Source: Pseudomonadota bacterium | GTDB lineage: Bacteria; Pseudomonadota; Gammaproteobacteria; Burkholderiales; JAJZUU01 | NCBI GenBank assembly: GCA_021848325.1 | Contig: JAJZUU010000006.1 | Span: 969 to 64,968 of the forward strand | Reading direction: 5' to 3' | Length of the DNA stretch: 64,000 bases | Shown: piece by piece, positions 60,058-64,000 of the stretch | Layout of the letters: each line of letters opens with the position of its first letter | Position numbering within the stretch: position 1 is the first letter of the stretch | Translations under genes and position numbers: made by a program | Notes under the pieces: model-generated | Seen by the model: the letters and a program-made list of their open reading frames with translations, nothing else | What the model was told of the DNA's origin: nothing | Databases searched by the model: none

Positions 60058-60987
60058 ATGGCAGATCGCCGCATACAGGTCTTTTACACCGTCGCCAAAC
60101 AGCTCAGTTTCACCAAGGCGGCGGAACTGCTGTTCATGACCCAGCCGGCGGTTACCTTCCAGGTGAAGCAACTGGAAGAGCACTTCAATACCCGCCTGTT
60201 CGAGCGGACCCACGGCAGGATATTGCTCACCCCGGCCGGGGAACTGGCCCTGGAATACGCCGAACGCATCCTGAGCCTCGGCGCCGAAATGGAGACCCGG
60301 GTGGGGGAACTCACCGGGCAGATCAGCGGCCCCCTCATGATCGGGGCCAGCACCACCATCGCCGAGTACATGCTGCCGCGCATGCTGGGAGAGTTCAAGG
60401 CGCTGTATCCCCAGGTACAGGCCCATCTCACCGTGGCGAACTCGGAAACCATCGAAACCAAGGTGTCCGACCATACCCTGGATATCGGGCTGATCGAGGC
60501 GTCGTCCCACCATCCCAACCTGATCACCGAGGTCTGCTGCGACGACGAACTGGTGGTGATCTGCGCCCCCGACCACGAGTTTGCCCGCGCACCCTGCGTC
60601 ACCCCCATCCAGTTGGCCGAACAGCCCTATGTCAGCCGCGAGGTGGGCTCCGGTACGCGGGAGGTGGTGGACGACTATTTCCGCGAGGCGGGGGTGTCTC
60701 CGGACGACCTGAACATCGTGATGGAGATGGGCAGCCGCGAGGCGATCAAGGGCGCCGTGGAGGCCGGGCTGGGCATCGCCATCATCTCCAGTTCCACGGT
60801 GCTGAAGGAACTCAAGCTGGGGGACCTGGTGGCCGTGCCGCTCAAGCCCCGCCTGATTCGGCCCCTCTCCCTGGTGTACCCCCAAGAGAAATTCCGCTCC
60901 AAGCTGCTGCAGGCCTTCCTGGATTTTCTGGCGGGCACCGCCCTGTTCAGAAACAAGGCCGAGGAAATCGAGGCGATGCGAACTTAG
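60058..60987 (+). CDS. LysR-family regulator (CysL/YeiE-like)
   Basis: SFTKAAELLFMTQPAVTFQVKQLE HTH; IGASTTIAEY, REVGSGTR. Confidence 0.93.
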   Translation: MADRRIQVFYTVAKQLSFTKAAELLFMTQPAVTFQVKQLEEHFNTRLFERTHGRILLTPAGELALEYAERILSLGAEMETRVGELTGQISGPLMIGASTTIAEYMLPRMLGEFKALYPQVQAHLTVANSETIETKVSDHTLDIGLIEASSHHPNLITEVCCDDELVVICAPDHEFARAPCVTPIQLAEQPYVSREVGSGTREVVDDYFREAGVSPDDLNIVMEMGSREAIKGAVEAGLGIAIISSSTVLKELKLGDLVAVPLKPRLIRPLSLVYPQEKFRSKLLQAFLDFLAGTALFRNKAEEIEAMRT

Positions 60988-60994
60988 GGCGCGT

Positions 60995-61342
60995 ATGTTG
61001 AGCGGCGAGAAGATCCTGATCCGGCTGTTCCGTTCCCTGCCCGATCCCGACCGGCAGACGTTGCTGGCCTTTGCCGAGTTTCTGGCGGGGAGGGTGCGGG
61101 AGGGCGCGGCGGAAAAGGTCGCGGAGCCGCTGGACATCCCCCGGCCGGAGCAGGAAAGCGTGGTCAAGGCCATCAAGCGGCTGACGGCCACCTATCCCAT
61201 GCTGGACCGGGGCAAGCTGCTGCACGAAACCTCCAGCCGCATGACCGAGCACCTGATGCACGGCAAGCCCGCCAGCCAGGTAATCGACGAGCTGGAGGTG
61301 GTATTTTCCACCCACTACCAGCGGTTCAAGGTGGAGCAGTAG
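60995..61342 (+). CDS. Hypothetical protein (115 aa)
   Basis: Starts 7 nt after the LysR stop; TLLAFAEFL, PRPEQESVVKAIKRL, YPML, VIDELE; host-like codon usage. Confidence 0.8.
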   Translation: MLSGEKILIRLFRSLPDPDRQTLLAFAEFLAGRVREGAAEKVAEPLDIPRPEQESVVKAIKRLTATYPMLDRGKLLHETSSRMTEHLMHGKPASQVIDELEVVFSTHYQRFKVEQ

Positions 61343-61359
61343 GCGTTTTAGGAGCCTAA

Positions 61360-61404
61360 GGACCTGTTAAGCATTAAGTGTTACACTTAATGCTTAACAG
61401 GTCC
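61360..61404. mobile_element. 45-bp perfect palindromic mini-element, copy B
   Basis: Same arms as 10094-10138 with central T (opposite orientation); TAA duplicated at 61357-59 and 61405-07. Confidence 0.92.
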
Positions 61405-61793
61405 TAAAACAGGCTGAAAATGTCGTTGACCACGTCGTTGGCCACGGCAAAGCCGGCGCCCATCCCGAGCCCGCTGGCCATGCTGCCCATGAAGCCGCCG
61501 CCGGGCCGCCCGGTCCAGCCCTGCGGCTGGACCGTGGGGTTGGGGTGGGTCTCCAACTGCGCTTCCAGGGTCTTGATATATTCCGCCATCTGGTTCACCA
61601 GCATGGCCGTGGCCTGGGTCTGGCTTTGCACGGACATGGCGATTTCCCGGAGGTCCATCGCCCATTCCCTGCCGGCGGTTTCGTCCGGGGCGGCGGCCCG
61701 CAGTTTCTGGGCTAGGGCCTGCATGCCCTGGACCATGGTTTGGGATTGCTGCTGCACCTGCATCACCTGGTTTTCCGCACTGGCGTAGTCCAT
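61404..61793 (-). CDS. Hypothetical Gln-rich helical protein with Gly-rich hydrophobic C-terminus
   Basis: AAGGAG RBS; ends GGGFMGSMASGLGMGAGFAVANDVVNDIFSLF. Confidence 0.8.
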   Translation of the reverse strand: MDYASAENQVMQVQQQSQTMVQGMQALAQKLRAAAPDETAGREWAMDLREIAMSVQSQTQATAMLVNQMAEYIKTLEAQLETHPNPTVQPQGWTGRPGGGFMGSMASGLGMGAGFAVANDVVNDIFSLF

Positions 61794-61896
61794 CTCTTGC
61801 TCCTTTCCGCATCCGGCAATGATTGATGCCGAGTGAGACAGGCGTGGGGCGGGTGCGGTTCCCCGCGCCTTTCGGAAAACCCGGCAGACTTCCCGG

Positions 61897-63297
61897 TTAC
61901 AGCGCCTCGGCGGCGTAGTCGGCCAGGCGCGAGCGCTCGCCCCGCTGCAGGGTCACATGGCCATTGTGGGACCAGCCCTTGAAGCGGTCCACCACGTAGG
62001 TGAGCCCGGAACTCCCCTCGGTGAGGTAGGGGGTGTCGATCTGGGCGATGTTGCCCAGGCACACCACCTTGGTGCCCGGGCCGGCCCGGGTGATCAGGGT
62101 CTTCATCTGCTTGGGGGTGAGGTTCTGGGCCTCGTCGATGATCAGGTATTTATTGATGAAGGTGCGGCCGCGCATGAAGTTCAGCGACTTGATCTTGATC
62201 CGGGAGCGGATCAGGTCCTGGGTCGCGGCGCGCCCCCAGTCGCCGGCCTCGTCGTCGGTCCGGTTCAGCACGTCCAGGTTGTCTTCCAGGGCGCCCATCC
62301 AGGGGGTCATCTTTTCCTCCTCGGTGCCCGGCAGGAAGCCGATGTCCTCCCCCACCGGCACGGTCACCCGGGTCATGATGATCTCCGAGTAGGTCTTGTG
62401 CTCCAGGGTCTGCATCAGGCCCGCCGCCAGGGTCAGCAGGGTCTTGCCCGTCCCCGCCTGTCCCAGCAGCGTGACGAAATCGACGTTTGGGTTCATCAGC
62501 ACGTTCAGGGCGAAGTTCTGCTCCCGGTTGCGGGCGGTGATTCCCCACACGTTGTTCTTCTGGTGGGTGTAGTCCTTCACTGTTTCCAGCACTGCGCTGT
62601 CGCCCTTCACCTCCTTGACGAGGACGTAGAGCGGGCGGTTTTGCTCCTGGTACAGGAATTCGTTGACCAGGAAGCCGTGGCACAGGGGGCCATGCACCCG
62701 GTAGTAGTTGCGCCCGCCGTCCGCCCAGGACTCGACGCCTTTGCCGTGGGTCTCCCAGAAATCCGGCGGCAGCTCCCGTACGCCAGAATAGAGGATGTCG
62801 GTGTCTTCCAGCACCTTGTCGTTGAAGTAGTCCTCGGCGGCGAACCCCAGGGCGCGCGCCTTGATGCGCATGTTGATGTCCTTGGAGACCAGGATCACCT
62901 GGCGCTTGGGGTGCTGCTGGCACAGGGACAGCACTACCCCCAGGATCTGATTGTCCACCTTGCTGGAGGGCAGGGTGGCGGGCAGTTCCCCGTTCATGGT
63001 GCGGGTCTGCAGGAACAGCCGGCCGGTGGCGCCGTTATGGCTGTGGGGGGCGAGGGGGATGCCCGCCTCGATCTCCTGTTCGTAGTCGCGCACGATCTCG
63101 TCCAGGAAGCGGCTGGCCTGGCGGGCGTTGCGCGCCACCTCAGACATGCCTTTCTTGTTGTGGTCCAGCTCCTCCAGGGTGGCCATGGGCAGGAAGATGT
63201 CGTGCTCGTCGAAGTGGTAGAGGCTGGTGGGATCGTGCATCAATACGTTGGTGTCCAACACGAACAGCTTGGTTTGCACGCGGGGTTGTCGCGCCAT
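61897..63297 (-). CDS. PhoH-family protein with N-terminal PIN domain
   Basis: VLDTNVLMHD, EELD, VSKDINMR; GQAGTGKT, GFLPG, MRGRT, IIDEAQN. Confidence 0.95.
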   Translation of the reverse strand: MARQPRVQTKLFVLDTNVLMHDPTSLYHFDEHDIFLPMATLEELDHNKKGMSEVARNARQASRFLDEIVRDYEQEIEAGIPLAPHSHNGATGRLFLQTRTMNGELPATLPSSKVDNQILGVVLSLCQQHPKRQVILVSKDINMRIKARALGFAAEDYFNDKVLEDTDILYSGVRELPPDFWETHGKGVESWADGGRNYYRVHGPLCHGFLVNEFLYQEQNRPLYVLVKEVKGDSAVLETVKDYTHQKNNVWGITARNREQNFALNVLMNPNVDFVTLLGQAGTGKTLLTLAAGLMQTLEHKTYSEIIMTRVTVPVGEDIGFLPGTEEEKMTPWMGALEDNLDVLNRTDDEAGDWGRAATQDLIRSRIKIKSLNFMRGRTFINKYLIIDEAQNLTPKQMKTLITRAGPGTKVVCLGNIAQIDTPYLTEGSSGLTYVVDRFKGWSHNGHVTLQRGERSRLADYAAEAL

Positions 63298-63332
63298 CTA
63301 GAGTTCCCTCTTGCTGAAAGATCGGTTCATGC

Positions 63333-63360
63333 AAAAAAACGGCTTACCGCCGGGCGGCCG
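63333..63360 (-). terminator. Possible intrinsic terminator after bcp
   Basis: GC-rich bulged stem followed by T7 on the minus strand. Confidence 0.45.
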
Positions 63361-63392
63361 GGGCCTTTCTTCAAGCCCCAAGGGGAAAGGGG

Positions 63393-63860
63393 TCACGTCG
63401 CTAAACACAGCTCCCTCGCGAACTCCAGCACCTCCTGGGCGTGGCCCGCCACCTTGACGCCGCGCCACTCCCTACGCAGCCGGCCCTGCCCGTCGAGCAC
63501 GAAGGTGCTGCGCTCTATGCCTCGCACCTGCTTGCCATACATATTCTTCATCCTGATGACGCCGAACAGATGGCAGGCCTTTTCCTCGGCGTCGCTCAGC
63601 AACTCGAACGGCAGACCCTGTTTGGCCTTGAAGTTCTCGTGGGACTTGATGCTGTCGCGGGAGATGCCGCAGACCTCGGCCCCCAGGGCGGCGAATTGCG
63701 GGTACAGACCGCGGAACTGCTGGGCCTCGGTGGTGCAGCCCGGAGTACTGTCCTTGGGATAGAAATAGAGTATGAGGGGTTTGCCGCGGGCCGCCGACAG
63801 GCGAAAGATTTTGCCGCCGGTGGCCGGCAGTTCGAAGTCCGGGACGGGTTCGTTCAGCAT
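63393..63860 (-). CDS. bcp: Peroxiredoxin (Bcp/PrxQ)
   Basis: LYFYPKDSTPGCTTEA, GISRD, LLSD, RSTF; start at MLNEPVPDF. Confidence 0.93.
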   Translation of the reverse strand: MLNEPVPDFELPATGGKIFRLSAARGKPLILYFYPKDSTPGCTTEAQQFRGLYPQFAALGAEVCGISRDSIKSHENFKAKQGLPFELLSDAEEKACHLFGVIRMKNMYGKQVRGIERSTFVLDGQGRLRREWRGVKVAGHAQEVLEFARELCLAT

Positions 63861-63951
63861 GGATTCGCTTGGGGTGGGATGATTCGTCACAACAAGCATT
63901 GTTGACAAAATCCGTGTCAAAGGCAAGCGCCGCCGCCGGGTGCCGGGCCCC

Positions 63952-63981
63952 TTGACGCTACCGGGTCCGCTCCGCTATATT
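63952..63981 (+). promoter_or_regulatory. Possible sigma70 promoter for a gene beyond the right edge
   Basis: TTGACG-18-TATATT; the -10 is overlapped by inverted repeat cgctatat-N8-atatagcg. Confidence 0.4.
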
Positions 63982-64000
63982 CGGTCAGATATAGCGCATT

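Overview
GC-rich chromosomal segment, probably from a sulfur-oxidising betaproteobacterium (inferred from gene content and order). Mostly core genes: a six-gene hyfBCEFGI-like operon whose large subunit lacks the Ni-Fe cysteines (Ehr type), TauE and SulP transporters, rnfABCDGE-nth, ald, pyrD, a pdh operon with a fused E2-E3 subunit, a MoxR/VWA pair, hemH-hrcA/nadK-recN, fur-bamE-dapB, sbcB, tsaB-rimI-udg, lplT, a LysR regulator, phoH and bcp. Accessory blocks: a DedA/PAP2 gene between two MITE copies (10.1-12.7 kb), an AT-richer Lys/Ala-rich gene plus a broken Sel1 gene (35.6-36.8 kb), and an aquaporin-GH15-glucose dehydrogenase-RND/TolC block (44.7-54.9 kb). The most striking unexplained signal is a set of tiny non-coding mobile elements. 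A perfect 45-bp palindrome, made of two 22-bp arms around one base, occurs twice with 3-bp TTA/TAA duplications. One copy is nested in a 162-bp MITE whose second copy shows the empty site. A third, lone arm lies at the left window edge. Three element ends supply the G of a gene's TAG stop codon. No rRNA, tRNA, CRISPR array or transposase gene was recognised. All calls come from reading motifs by eye; no database searches were run.
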